A stretch of DNA of 62,614 bases, counting the filler, from Choristocarpus tenellus KU-1152 (taxonomy: Eukaryota; Protista; Phaeophyceae), in NCBI GenBank assembly GCA_964200185.2. It is 11 parts of 11 records of this genome, joined end to end, with 100 filler letters (N's around TTAATTAATTAA, not from the genome) between each part and the next. Parts side by side here need not be neighbours in the genome. Positions count along the whole stretch, not along the records: positions 56,358 to 62,614 come from CAXNAD020008553.1; 10 more parts are not named here. One strand, 5' to 3'. A program made the position numbers and the translations under genes. How positions within the stretch are numbered: the first letter of the stretch is position 1; every line of letters starts with the position of its first letter. Positions 62,051-62,614 of this stretch are shown in pieces. A model generated the notes under the pieces. That model was given only the letters and a program-made list of their open reading frames with translations, was not told the DNA's origin and did not search any database.

Positions 62051-62614
62051 TTTATCGTAAGGTGCTGAGGAGAATCCTCATGGACCTGGAAATGCATGTC
62101 ACTATTGCATACATGTAGTCCTACCTAACCCCCACAACAAGTCAGCATTCGTCCTTCACAAAGCAGTACAGTACCGATCAAAGTTGTTAGAGACGGCAAC
62201 TTGAGGAGTTTCTGTGTAGTGTGTGGACTCTGCACAACAAAGCAATCCGACCATAAGTTGGCGCGTGGTGTGCTGGTAACCGTTGGCCTTTGGCTAGGTA
62301 TCAACTGGTTGCCATCCCTAACGAAAGGTACATCTATTGCAATCTACATCTGAAACATACTAAGTCAGATCTTGAAGTGGGATGGTGGGTAGCACAGCTT
62401 AGAGGGGTGCTACAACCCTCCTACTATACATGCTTCGATGTGTTAATGTATCTAGATGGTTCAGGAGAAATAGAAGATCGTGTTGCTTGGCTTTCATCAG
62501 GGTAGGTGTGTGTTTCTCAAACACAGAAGAAGGCTGATTTCAGACCCAAAGTATCTGGGAGGGGGGGGGGGTGGGGGCGGAGGTAGGTATATATCGCAGC
62601 ACACAAGAGTAGAT

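Noticed and set aside
1-62614. CRISPR array, rRNA, tRNA, or TnpB/Fanzor nuclease
   Set aside because: No regularly spaced repeat-spacer array, recognisable structural RNA gene or RuvC/zinc-finger TnpB motif set was seen by eye. Covariance-model and HMM searches could not be run.

Overview
This is eukaryotic, intron-rich, repeat-rich DNA. It is most likely a brown alga or related photosynthetic stramenopile (inferred from a signal-peptide+ATSF plastid presequence, interstitial TAACCC tracts and GT-AG introns). The window is not contiguous: 11 contigs are joined by 100-bp artificial spacers (N44-TTAATTAATTAA-N44), so neighbourhoods across spacers mean nothing. About ten spliced host genes or gene fragments can be reconstructed with phase-consistent exons: methylthioribulose-1-P dehydratase (MtnB/APIP), DUF4246, TPR protein, DUF2237, NIDO-domain protein, plastid-targeted membrane protein, coiled-coil protein, multi-FAS1 fasciclin, a SHAQKYF-like Myb fragment and a hypothetical protein. 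There are also decayed transposons (Tc1/IS630-like, DD39D-type mariner, Ty1/copia, Ty3/gypsy-like, CRE-like RLE LINE). The most striking unannotated structure is three related 180-360 bp MITE families, about 20 ends in total, that share G(A/G)nnCAAA termini. Family A has 4-bp target-site duplications (Sola2-like), confirmed by an empty site inside the window. Other highlights are a recurrent LINE 3' stem-loop, a gag(CCCH)-protease-Tudor retroelement remnant, and a fasciclin gene built from phase-0 exons offset from the domain repeat. No CRISPR array, rRNA or tRNA was seen.
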